A stretch of 64,000 nt of DNA from Thermoplasmata archaeon (GTDB lineage Archaea; Thermoplasmatota; Thermoplasmata; Lutacidiplasmatales; UBA184): positions 125,481-189,480 of the forward strand of contig JAGWLG010000002.1 in NCBI GenBank assembly GCA_028864975.1. Reading direction: 5' to 3'. A program made the translations under genes and the position numbers. The notes under the pieces are model-generated. The model was not told the DNA's origin and ran no database searches. It saw only the letters and a list, made by a program, of their open reading frames with translations. This document shows positions 9,587 through 18,528 of this stretch, piece after piece; position 1 is the stretch's first letter, and every line of letters begins with the position of its first letter.

Positions 9587-9862
9587 ATGCCGCCCCTGGA
9601 CCTTCTCGCCCCCGAGCCCGTGTCGACCGACCCCACGAAGCGGATCTTTACCTGGGAGGAGCCGTGGGGACAGGGGGTCCTGCGTTTGAAGTGGGACGCG
9701 GACTCGGCCGAGGTCCTCGAAGCCGAGTACCGCCTGGAAGCGCGACGCCAACCCTCGCCCTCGGAGGTCAGGGAGTTCTGGGGCGAGGTCAAGAGGAGGG
9801 TCGCGGAGCTCGGAACCCTCCCGGTGGAGGGGGCCGACCCGGTCCCCCGCGGATCAACCTAG
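9587..9862 (+). CDS. Hypothetical protein (about 91 aa)
   Basis: Host-like codon usage and globular-looking sequence (RIFTWEEPWGQGVLRLKWD) filling the gap between gcvT and the aminopeptidase. Start uncertain (GTG 9452 or ATG 9587). Confidence 0.5.
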   Translation: MPPLDLLAPEPVSTDPTKRIFTWEEPWGQGVLRLKWDADSAEVLEAEYRLEARRQPSPSEVREFWGEVKRRVAELGTLPVEGADPVPRGST

Positions 9863-12265
9863 GACCGCGCCGCGGAGCCGCTCGAAGACCCCCAGCATCT
9901 CGAGACCCGAGCGCGCCGCTCGCTCCGATTCGGCGATGGGGCGCGTCGAGAGGGTCGTCCGGACCTCGGGGAGCCTTCCCAGGCCGGCCATGGGGACCAG
10001 ACGCTCGACGACGCGCGGCAGCATGGCGGTGCCCGTGTAGACCTTCTCCAGAGCATCCAGATGGTCCCGGAACCACGGCCAGACGACCGCGTTCGCGTCC
10101 GGGTTCCGAGCCGCCGCTACGCCGACACTGCCCAACATCCCACGGCTCACGCCTCCGCTCACGGCCCAGTCCAAGGTCCGAGCGACGAGGTGGCCGTCGT
10201 GGAAGGAGACCAAGCCCCCGATCAACTGTTCGAGCTCCGACTCGGTCCGCGCCCCCTGAGCGCGTTCGACGAGGGGATCGAAGGCGGAGCTGCCTCCGCT
10301 TCGCGCCATCGCGATGGCCACCGGCCCCCGCAGGTCGGGGTCCATGTCCGACCACTCTCGGAACCTCACCGACAGCAGCCTCGCGAAGTCGGGGTCGAGG
10401 TAGGCACGGTCCGAGTTCACCGTCTCACGGGCGATCCCCGTCGCCGCGGGCTCTCCGGGTCGCTTCTCGAGGCCGAGCCGCTCGCTCTGGACCTCGAGGA
10501 ACCGCCGGACCTCCGAGACCAGGGGGCCCTGATGTCCGAAGATGGTGAAGAGGCGAGAGGCCTGCCCGGCCGCCTCCAGGGTCACGACAGCGTCGGTCTC
10601 CTCCCGGAGCTTCCGCAGGTGATGGATGTAGACCTCCGGTGTCACGTCCCTGGAAAGGAGGAAAGCGAAGAGGTCGCGCAGGACCGCCCACCGCTCGTGG
10701 GAAGGGAGGCCGGAAGGCCGCTGTCCCATTCGCTCGTACGTGGCCGGGTCGTAGAGCACACGATAGAATCCTGCGCTGCCCGCGTTCAGGCAGAGGTCAT
10801 CGCAGTTCGGAAGGCGGAGCTCTCGTGAGGCCGTGTCGAAGAGCTCGCGTCGCACCTCCCCTTGGGCGCGGATGGTGAGCGGGACAGGCCAGACCTCCTC
10901 GGAGTGCTTGCCGTGAAGCCGGAAGCGGCGTTGGGTGAGGTGGACGTGGTCCCCCTGCCGCTCCACCTTGACCACGGGATGTCCCGAGCGACGGACCCAA
11001 GGATCGATGATCCGACGCACAGGCACCCCGGAGCGCTTCTCGAGCGCTCCCCAGAGGTGGTCCCCGCGCGCGTTCCCGTACGCGTGGGCCCGGAGGTAGT
11101 CGCCCACCCCCTCGCGGAAGACCTGTTCCCCAAGGTAGGCCTCGAGCATGCGAAGGACGCTCCCACCCTTCCCGTAGCTGATGTCGTCGAAGATCTGTCC
11201 GATCTCGTCGACGTTGTGGACCTCGACGTCGATCGGATGCGTGGAATCGAGCGAGTCGTTCAGGAGCGAGGTCCCGGTCTCGCTCACCAGGAAGAGCCCG
11301 AGGGTGTCCCAGCTCGGGTAGTTCCTGTCGACCATCTTGAACCCCATGAACGTCGCAAAACTCTCGTTGAGCCAGATGTCGTTCCACCACTCCATCGTCA
11401 CGAGGTTGCCGAACCACTGGTGAGCGATCTCGTGCGCGACGACCTCGGCGATCACTTGACGTCGGAAGGTGCTCGTCCGGTCATCGGCGAGGAGGGCGGA
11501 CTCCCGGAAGGTGATGGCGCCCCAGTTCTCCATCGCCCCTGCGGCGAAGTCCTTCACCGAGACGAGGTCGAGCTTGGGAAGGGGGTAGGGGATCCCGTAG
11601 TAGTCGGCGTAGGCCCGTACCGCGAGGTGGCCGTTCTCGAGCCCCCAACCGAACGACTCCCTCGTTCCGGGGGGCCCCTTCACCGCGACCCGCAACCCAC
11701 TGCGGGTTTCCTCCAGGGTGTCGAACTCTCCTATCCCGAGGTAGAGGAGATAGGTCGACATCTTGGGCGTGGGGGGGAACTTCCAGGTCTTGCGGTCCCC
11801 TGTGGCCACGACCTCCTTGGGGTCGGTGTTGAAGATCACCTCGAGCCCGGCATCCGCCGTTACCTCGGCCTCGAAGGTCGCCTTCGCGGCAGGGTGGTCG
11901 ATACAAGGGAAGACACGTCGGGCGCCCGTGGGGGCAAGGTGCGTGGTCAGGAAGTAGCTCTCCGTACCGTGATGGGAACGGTAGAACCCGGAGAGCGAGT
12001 CCACGCTCACGCGGCCGCGGAAGCCCACGATCAGCTCCGAAGTTCCTGGGGGGATGCCTTTCACCCGGAGCTCTTCCGCGGAGGGCACGGTCTCGAACTC
12101 GAGGGCTCGTCCTTGAGCTTCCACCCTATCGATCTCGAGGCCGATACTGTTCAGGGTCAGTTCGGACGTCGCGCCACGGAGGCCGATCCTGACGACTCCG
12201 GAGAACGCGAGGCCCGCGAAATCCACGTCCAAGGAAAGGCGGTAGGAGGAAGCGGGGATGCTCAA
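9854..12265 (-). CDS. M1 family aminopeptidase (tricorn-interacting factor F2/F3-like)
   Basis: GAMENWG and HEIAHQWFGNLVTMEWWNDIWLNE (HExxH-x18-E); ERAP1-like C-terminal helical region. Confidence 0.95.
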   Translation of the reverse strand: MSIPASSYRLSLDVDFAGLAFSGVVRIGLRGATSELTLNSIGLEIDRVEAQGRALEFETVPSAEELRVKGIPPGTSELIVGFRGRVSVDSLSGFYRSHHGTESYFLTTHLAPTGARRVFPCIDHPAAKATFEAEVTADAGLEVIFNTDPKEVVATGDRKTWKFPPTPKMSTYLLYLGIGEFDTLEETRSGLRVAVKGPPGTRESFGWGLENGHLAVRAYADYYGIPYPLPKLDLVSVKDFAAGAMENWGAITFRESALLADDRTSTFRRQVIAEVVAHEIAHQWFGNLVTMEWWNDIWLNESFATFMGFKMVDRNYPSWDTLGLFLVSETGTSLLNDSLDSTHPIDVEVHNVDEIGQIFDDISYGKGGSVLRMLEAYLGEQVFREGVGDYLRAHAYGNARGDHLWGALEKRSGVPVRRIIDPWVRRSGHPVVKVERQGDHVHLTQRRFRLHGKHSEEVWPVPLTIRAQGEVRRELFDTASRELRLPNCDDLCLNAGSAGFYRVLYDPATYERMGQRPSGLPSHERWAVLRDLFAFLLSRDVTPEVYIHHLRKLREETDAVVTLEAAGQASRLFTIFGHQGPLVSEVRRFLEVQSERLGLEKRPGEPAATGIARETVNSDRAYLDPDFARLLSVRFREWSDMDPDLRGPVAIAMARSGGSSAFDPLVERAQGARTESELEQLIGGLVSFHDGHLVARTLDWAVSGGVSRGMLGSVGVAAARNPDANAVVWPWFRDHLDALEKVYTGTAMLPRVVERLVPMAGLGRLPEVRTTLSTRPIAESERAARSGLEMLGVFERLRGAVLG

Positions 12266-12348
12266 TCAGGCGCCAAGGGGGGGATTACTCTTACGGGGCA
12301 TCCTATCCCCTGTGCGACCGCGGTCCGGGACCCGCAAGGGTTCGGTTC

Positions 12349-13755
12349 TCACGAAGGTTGACGCCGAGAGGCCGCGGCGCACCAATCCTCGTACCCCCCC
12401 ACCAACCGGAGCACCCGGGTGAAGCCGGCCTGCTCGAGGATGCCCGCCGCGATGTCCGCGCGATAACCGTACGCACAATGCACCACGACCGGGGCATCCC
12501 GGGGGACCTCTCCCGACCGCTGCGGAAGGGTGGCCAAGGGGATGTTGAGACTTCCCGGAACGTGGCCCCGGAACCATTCATGGGCTTCTCGGACGTCGAC
12601 CACGACGAGGGGTTCCTCCGAACGCAGCCGTTCCACGAGCGCGGGAGCCTCGATGAGCTTCGTCGAGGCGACGGGACGCCCGGCATCCGCCCAGGTCTCG
12701 AACCCCCCCGCCAGGAATCCCACCACCCTGTCGAAACCGATCCGGAAGAGCTGCCGGGTCGCTTCTCGGGCCTCCCGCTCGTCGCGGGAGAGGAGGAGGA
12801 TGGCCCGCTCGGGGGAGAAGAGCCAGCCCACCCACGCGCTCATGGGCCCGTCCGCCCCGATCGCGTAACCCCCGGGGACATGGGCCTGGTCGTGCTCTGG
12901 GGCGGTCCTCGTGTCGAGCACGATGGCGCCCTCGGCCCGTGCCCGGTCGAAATCCTCCAACCCCAGGGCCCTCGGGGTGGGGCACGCGCCCCCGAAGAGT
13001 CGGACCCCGGCCGAGTTGAGCGCGCGCATGCGCCGGAAGTACTGGGGGAAGGGCCCCTGTTCGAGGATCCGCGAGACGAACTCGTCCAGCGTGCGGGCTC
13101 GGATCAGGGGATTGCTCGCCTTCTCCTCTCGGACGGTGCTGACGCGCCGGTCGGTGCACTCGGCGGAGCAGAAGGAACCTCCACCATGCGTCGGAAGCAG
13201 TCGCACGTCGCCCGGGAGGTGGAGAAGGCGCTCGTGGATCGACCGGTGGAGGTCGCGGGCCAACGGGCGGGCGAGCAAGGGGCCAAGCAGGTCGGTGCGA
13301 CCTGCGCCCCCCACGGTGAGCGCTCCGCCGGAGAACAGCGCGACAGGCTTGCCTCCGGGGTCGACCAGGAGGTAGCTCACGTGCTCGGGAGTGTGGCCCG
13401 GGGTCGCGAGGACCTGAAGCTTCCAGCCTCCCAGCCGAACCTCCTCCCTGTCGCGCAGCGGTCGGTGGGAGTAGGTGAGCTCGGCCACGGCGCTCGAGCC
13501 GATCTCGGCTCCGGCCGAGGAAGCGAGTTCTCGGGCGCCGGAGATGAAATCGTTGTGGATGTGCGTCTCCAGTGCGAGGAGGACCTCCCGCTCGGAGCGG
13601 GGCAGCCGCGCGAGGTACCCGTCGACGTCCCTGAGCGGGTCGATGACGGCGGAGCTTCCCTCGCCTCGGACCGTCACGACGTACGAGCAGTTGCCCAGTT
13701 CGGGTGCGACCCACTGGGTGACGGTGAGCCGTGGGTCCAGTTCGAGCGGGACCAC
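12349..13755 (-). CDS. MBL-fold persulfide dioxygenase plus tandem rhodanese domains (CstB/Blh-like)
   Basis: ETHIHNDF, TPGHTPEH, PTHGGGSFC; first rhodanese lacks the catalytic Cys, second has HCAYGYR. Start estimated at GTG 13755; the track start 14004 overlaps the divergent gene. Confidence 0.8.
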   Translation of the reverse strand: MVPLELDPRLTVTQWVAPELGNCSYVVTVRGEGSSAVIDPLRDVDGYLARLPRSEREVLLALETHIHNDFISGARELASSAGAEIGSSAVAELTYSHRPLRDREEVRLGGWKLQVLATPGHTPEHVSYLLVDPGGKPVALFSGGALTVGGAGRTDLLGPLLARPLARDLHRSIHERLLHLPGDVRLLPTHGGGSFCSAECTDRRVSTVREEKASNPLIRARTLDEFVSRILEQGPFPQYFRRMRALNSAGVRLFGGACPTPRALGLEDFDRARAEGAIVLDTRTAPEHDQAHVPGGYAIGADGPMSAWVGWLFSPERAILLLSRDEREAREATRQLFRIGFDRVVGFLAGGFETWADAGRPVASTKLIEAPALVERLRSEEPLVVVDVREAHEWFRGHVPGSLNIPLATLPQRSGEVPRDAPVVVHCAYGYRADIAAGILEQAGFTRVLRLVGGYEDWCAAASRRQPS

Positions 13756-13930
13756 CTCGAAGCCCTCAGGGCGAGGGTCGGGCGCAGCCCGTGATCGGAG
13801 CGACGTCGGGCGAGGACGGGGGGACGAGGACGCATGCGCCGACGTGCGAGGGCGCGGAGGCACACATCGCGGAAGGCCCCCTCGCCCATAAGGCGACGGG
13901 GTGGCCCGTGCCTGAGCTTCCACCAGCATT

Positions 13931-16519
13931 ATGTCAGGCGCCGTGCCTCTTCGCCAGGAACGCATGCTGGCCTCCGTCGCTCCCCGGTCCGAGCCTCGTC
14001 TCATCGGCCGGACGGACCTCTTGGCCGAGGCCCGAAGGCTCCTTCACGAAGAGGGAGCGTCTCGTAGCCCCGTCCTGCTGGTCGTGGGAGCCACAGGGAT
14101 CGGGAAGTCCACCTTCGTCCGTGAGGTCGTTCGCGAGGAGCGCGAGAGGGGCACCCTGGTCCTCGAAGGCCGGGCGCTGCCGATGGACCTCCCGCCCCCG
14201 TACTTCGTGCTACAGGAGGCCCTGCGGGAGCTTCCCGCCGTGCGACGCCAGGCGGAGGAAGCGGACCGTGGGGCCGCGAACATCGGGGTCGCCGGCATCG
14301 GCATCCTTCGGGGTTCGGACCGCAGCGGACGATCCCTCATGCCCCTCGGGATGTTGCCCTTCGAGTCGGAGTCGGAGAGCGCGAAGGACCGTGAGGCTCG
14401 GCTCTTGGAAGCGCTCTCGGGCGACGAGCCCTCCGTGGAAGAAGGGCGGATGGAGCTCTTCGACGGGCTCGCGTCGCACCTCGAGGACGTCGCGGCCGAG
14501 TCGCCCCTGCTCCTGGTCCTCGAGGACCTCCATCACGCGGACGAAGGTTCGCTGGAGTTCCTCTCGTTCCTCGCGCGGCGAGGCCGGCAGGCATCCTTGG
14601 CTGTACTGGTCACGTCGGTCCCCGAGGCCGAGCTACCCCCTCAGGTCAGGGCGCACCTCGAGGGCTTGGCCAAAGATGGGGTGCTCCGCCGTGTGGCGCT
14701 ACGCCCTCTCACGGAAGCAGAGGCCACGGAGTTCGTGGAGGTGCTTGCCCCGGGGAAGAACGTGCCGGGAGCGACGCTCACGAAGTGGTACACGTTGACC
14801 GAAGGCAACCCTCTCTTCCTCGAGCAGTTGGTTCGTGGAGAGGTGCTCTCTCCCGGCTCCACCGAGGGGGCGCCGAGGGAGGTCGACCTGGGAGAGCTCC
14901 CCCGGGGCGAGGAGTTGCGGCAGGCGCTGCGGCGTCGATTGCGGGAGATGAAGGAGCCCGAACGCCGGGCCCTCTCCTACGCGAGCGTCCTCGGCAAGGA
15001 GTTCAGCTTCCCCACTCTCCATCGTGCTTGCGGGGAGGAGGAGGAGCTCCTGGCGGAGGCCGTGGAGTCCCTCGTGCGCCGCGGACTTCTCCGTGAGAAG
15101 GGGGGAGAACATCTGGAGTTCGTGCACGAGGAGCTTCGGGTCGAGGTCTATACCTCCCTGACCGAGGTCCGACGGAACATCCTCCACCGCAAGGTCGCGG
15201 AGGCCCTGGAGAAGGATCTTCCGCGCGAGGGAAGTCCAGATCCCCGGGTGGTCTACGAGCTGGCCCGGCATTGGTACCTGGCCCAGTCGGACGAGAAGGC
15301 GCTCGAGTACAACCGACGGGCCGCGGAGCTGGGGAAGAAGGCGTTGTCGCCCACGACGGCCGCCTACCATCTCGAGCGCGCCCTGGAGGTCCACCGTCGT
15401 GTTCGACCCCACGACCGCTCGGGGGAGGTCTCGCTCGCGGTGGAGCTCGCCTTGCAGCTGGATGCCGTCGGAGAGGTCCCTCGGGCATCGGCGGTCCTCG
15501 AGGAGATGCGGGTGCAGGCCCATCGGACCCGGGAGGGGTTCGCCCCGCGCGACCGCGCGCGTCTCGCCATCCACCTGGCGAAGATCCTGACGCACGCGGG
15601 AGAGATGCAGCGGGCCTACCCGCTCACGAACGAAGCGCTCGAGGCGCTCGGGAAGGAGGGGGAGCCCCAGCTTCTCGGGCACGCGCACCGGTTGCGCGGG
15701 ACCGTGGAGTTCTACCGTGGGCATTACCCCGAGGCCGAACAGGAGTACGCCCGGTCGCAGGAGTTCTTCGAGAAGGCCGAGAGCCCGATGGACGTGGCGA
15801 GGTCGAAGATCTCCCTCGCGAACGTCCGGTCGATGAAGCGGCCTTCCCCACCGGTCAAGGAGGTGGAAGCGTTGTACCGTGGATCGATCGAGGACCTCGA
15901 GGCGAATGGCCAGCCCGGGGAGGCGGCGACCGCCTCGAACAACCTGGCGCTGTTCTACCTTGAGCAGGTCGGGGTCGAGAAGGCGATGGAGGAGATGGCC
16001 CGAGCCCTCCACCTGGCCCAGAAAGGGAAGGACCCTCGCATGCTCGGGTGGTGCGAGTTCAACATGGCGGACCTCAAGCTCCGGACCCGAGAGTTGGACG
16101 AGGCCGAGCGCTTGAACCGGCAGGCCCGCGAGCACCTGGGGAAGGTCGGGGACCGGATCGCGCTCATCCAGGTCGCGCTCAACGAAGGGAGGCTCTTCCA
16201 GGCGAGGGGCGACTTCCCCCACGCGGAGCTCGCGTTGCTCGACGCCTACCGGCAGGCGCGGGAGGTCTCGTTGGAACCGGACGAGCTCGAGGTCCTGTTG
16301 CGCCTGTGCGAGCTCTCGCTGGAGAAAGGGGAGCTCGAGTCCACCGCGCAGAAGGTCGCAGAGCTCGAGGGCCGCTCCTTCCGGTCGGTCCGTCCTGACA
16401 TGGCCCCGGAACTCGAGAAGGTCCGTGAAGCGCTCAAGAGCCGGGGCGTCGCGCTGCCGTCCGTGAGCTCAAGCCCCGGGTCCGAGCCGGTGCAGGCCCA
16501 CGAAGGCTCGGGGACCTAG
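13931..16519 (+). CDS. STAND/AAA_16-type ATPase with C-terminal TPR repeats
   Basis: LIGRTDLL, Walker A GATGIGKS, Walker B LVLEDLHHAD, TEGNPLFLEQL, FVHEELR, followed by helical TPR-like repeats. Confidence 0.85.
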   Translation: MSGAVPLRQERMLASVAPRSEPRLIGRTDLLAEARRLLHEEGASRSPVLLVVGATGIGKSTFVREVVREERERGTLVLEGRALPMDLPPPYFVLQEALRELPAVRRQAEEADRGAANIGVAGIGILRGSDRSGRSLMPLGMLPFESESESAKDREARLLEALSGDEPSVEEGRMELFDGLASHLEDVAAESPLLLVLEDLHHADEGSLEFLSFLARRGRQASLAVLVTSVPEAELPPQVRAHLEGLAKDGVLRRVALRPLTEAEATEFVEVLAPGKNVPGATLTKWYTLTEGNPLFLEQLVRGEVLSPGSTEGAPREVDLGELPRGEELRQALRRRLREMKEPERRALSYASVLGKEFSFPTLHRACGEEEELLAEAVESLVRRGLLREKGGEHLEFVHEELRVEVYTSLTEVRRNILHRKVAEALEKDLPREGSPDPRVVYELARHWYLAQSDEKALEYNRRAAELGKKALSPTTAAYHLERALEVHRRVRPHDRSGEVSLAVELALQLDAVGEVPRASAVLEEMRVQAHRTREGFAPRDRARLAIHLAKILTHAGEMQRAYPLTNEALEALGKEGEPQLLGHAHRLRGTVEFYRGHYPEAEQEYARSQEFFEKAESPMDVARSKISLANVRSMKRPSPPVKEVEALYRGSIEDLEANGQPGEAATASNNLALFYLEQVGVEKAMEEMARALHLAQKGKDPRMLGWCEFNMADLKLRTRELDEAERLNRQAREHLGKVGDRIALIQVALNEGRLFQARGDFPHAELALLDAYRQAREVSLEPDELEVLLRLCELSLEKGELESTAQKVAELEGRSFRSVRPDMAPELEKVREALKSRGVALPSVSSSPGSEPVQAHEGSGT

Positions 16520-16566
16520 GCATGCCCCACCCCGACGAACGAGGGCGCCCCTCCGGGAAGGGACGC

Positions 16567-17478
16567 ATGCCGCTCGTCGTCCCCGACCTGGCACCCCGTC
16601 CGCTCTCCGCCGCGGTTCGCCGATGGTTGAGCGAGGACCGGACCCGTCAGGACATCACCTCCCGTCTCGCGATCCCCCCCCGGACCGCGGCTCATGGCCT
16701 CGTCGTGGCCCAGGCCAAGGGCGTGATGAGCGGCATCCCCCCGGTCCTGGAGATCGCCCGGCAACTGGGGCTACATGCCCGTCCACTGCTTCGCGAGGGT
16801 TCCCGCGTCCGAGCAGGAGACGCCGTGCTCGAAGTGTGGGGCGACGCCCGGAAGCTCCTCGCCTCAGAGCGGACGATGCTGAACGTCCTCATGCACCTCT
16901 CGGGGGTCGCGACCGCGACGGCGCGCGGGGTCGAGTCCGTCAGGAGATCCGGAGGAAGGACCCTCGTGGCCGCGACCCGCAAAACGCTCCCAGGCCTCCG
17001 CGACCTCGAGAAAGCGGCCGTGGTCCACGGTGGAGGGGACCCTCATCGGCGGGACCTTTCGAGCACGGTCCTCGTCAAGAACAATCATCTCGCCCTGGTC
17101 CCTCTACGGGAGCTCCTGCGATGCCTTCGTTCGCAGAAGGCCCGCGGCGTCTCGGTCATCGTCGAAGCGCGGTCGGTTCGGGATGCGATGACCGCGGCCC
17201 GAGAAGGTGCGGACCGCCTGTTGCTCGACAACATGTCTCCCCAGCGCGTGAGGGCGCTGATCCGTGCGCTCCAATCCGCGGGGCTGCGCGACGGCGTCGT
17301 CGTCGAAGTGTCAGGAGGCATCGACCCGAAGTCTGTGCGGCGGTATGCTCGTACCGGGGCGGACGTCGCCTCGATGGGAAGCTTGACCCACTCAGCTCCC
17401 GCGCTTCCCTACCACTTGGTCGTGCGACCGGCCCGTCGGTCCAAGGGTAGAAAAGCCTCGGGGTCCGGGCCCTCTTAA
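16567..17478 (+). CDS. nadC: Nicotinate-nucleotide diphosphorylase (quinolinate phosphoribosyltransferase)
   Basis: EDRTRQDIT, SERTMLN, ATRKTLPG, HRRDLS, VKNNH, LLDNM, EVSGGI. Start ATG 16522 or 16567. Confidence 0.93.
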   Translation: MPLVVPDLAPRPLSAAVRRWLSEDRTRQDITSRLAIPPRTAAHGLVVAQAKGVMSGIPPVLEIARQLGLHARPLLREGSRVRAGDAVLEVWGDARKLLASERTMLNVLMHLSGVATATARGVESVRRSGGRTLVAATRKTLPGLRDLEKAAVVHGGGDPHRRDLSSTVLVKNNHLALVPLRELLRCLRSQKARGVSVIVEARSVRDAMTAAREGADRLLLDNMSPQRVRALIRALQSAGLRDGVVVEVSGGIDPKSVRRYARTGADVASMGSLTHSAPALPYHLVVRPARRSKGRKASGSGPS

Positions 17479-17512
17479 GTCCCTGCGGGCCCTGACACGG
17501 CCGTAGGCGGAC

Positions 17513-18472
17513 ATGACGGAAGACCTCGCCAAGGAGGTCCGCGAGCTCAAGCGGAGACGGGACGCGGTCCTCCTCGCGCACAACTACCAGCTGGGGGAGA
17601 TCCAGGACGTCGCCGACCACGTCGGCGACTCGCTCTACCTCTCGCGCAAGGCGATGGAGACGGACGCCCAGGTCATCCTCTTCTCCGGCGTGAAGTTCAT
17701 GGCGGAGACGGCGAAGATCCTCAATCCCACGAAGACCGTCCTGCTGCCGGATCTGGAGGCGGGCTGTTCGCTCTCCGACTCCATCACGGCGGAGCAGCTG
17801 CGGGCCTGGAAGAAGGACCACCCGGGGGCCGTTGTGGTGAGCTACGTCAACACCTCGGCGGAGGTCAAGGCGGAGAGCGACTACTGCTGCACCTCCTCCA
17901 ACGCGCTCGAGATCGTCCGGAGGGTCCCGGAATCCCAGGAGGTGTTGTTCCTCCCCGACATGTTCCTCGGAAACTACGTCAAACAGAGGACGGGGCGCAA
18001 GAACATCCACCTGTGGGTCGGAGATTGTTTCGTGCACACCCGCATGCGCCCGGAGACCGTGCGTCGCATGAAGGGGGAGCACCCGGGAGCTGAGCTCGTG
18101 GCCCATCCGGAGTGCGGCTGTTCTACCGAGGTCCTCCCGGACGTCGACCGTGTCCTCTCGACGGACGGGATGATGCGCTACGCGAAGGAGACCCGACAAC
18201 CCGAGGTGCTGGTCGCGACGGAGGTGGGCATCCTGCATCGCATGCGGAAGGTCAACCCCCAGACCTCGTTCATCCCGCTCTCGCCCGAGGCGGTCTGTCC
18301 GTTCATGAAGCGGAACACCCTCGAGAAGGTCCGCGACTCCCTCCGGGACATAAAGTATCGGATCGAGGTGCCCGACCCCATCCTTCGTCGTGCCCGAAAG
18401 GCGCTGGACAGGATGGTCGAGGCGACAGCGACCTCGCCCGCTTCCACCACGGTGTCCGCGGCAATCGCTTAG
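17513..18472 (+). CDS. nadA: Quinolinate synthase
   Basis: LAHNYQ, AGCSLSD, SYVNTSAEVKA, HPEC, CPFMK; three Fe-S Cys present. Confidence 0.95.
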   Translation: MTEDLAKEVRELKRRRDAVLLAHNYQLGEIQDVADHVGDSLYLSRKAMETDAQVILFSGVKFMAETAKILNPTKTVLLPDLEAGCSLSDSITAEQLRAWKKDHPGAVVVSYVNTSAEVKAESDYCCTSSNALEIVRRVPESQEVLFLPDMFLGNYVKQRTGRKNIHLWVGDCFVHTRMRPETVRRMKGEHPGAELVAHPECGCSTEVLPDVDRVLSTDGMMRYAKETRQPEVLVATEVGILHRMRKVNPQTSFIPLSPEAVCPFMKRNTLEKVRDSLRDIKYRIEVPDPILRRARKALDRMVEATATSPASTTVSAAIA

Positions 18473-18528
18473 GTCCCCAAAGCAATCTTCATACGCTTCT
18501 GCGGGGCGTTCTCCGCGTGGGCGACAGC

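Noticed and set aside
12325-12345. GNRA (GCAA) hairpin between the CstB-like and aminopeptidase genes
   Set aside because: Short stem that folds better on the non-coding strand; such stems are common by chance at this GC content.
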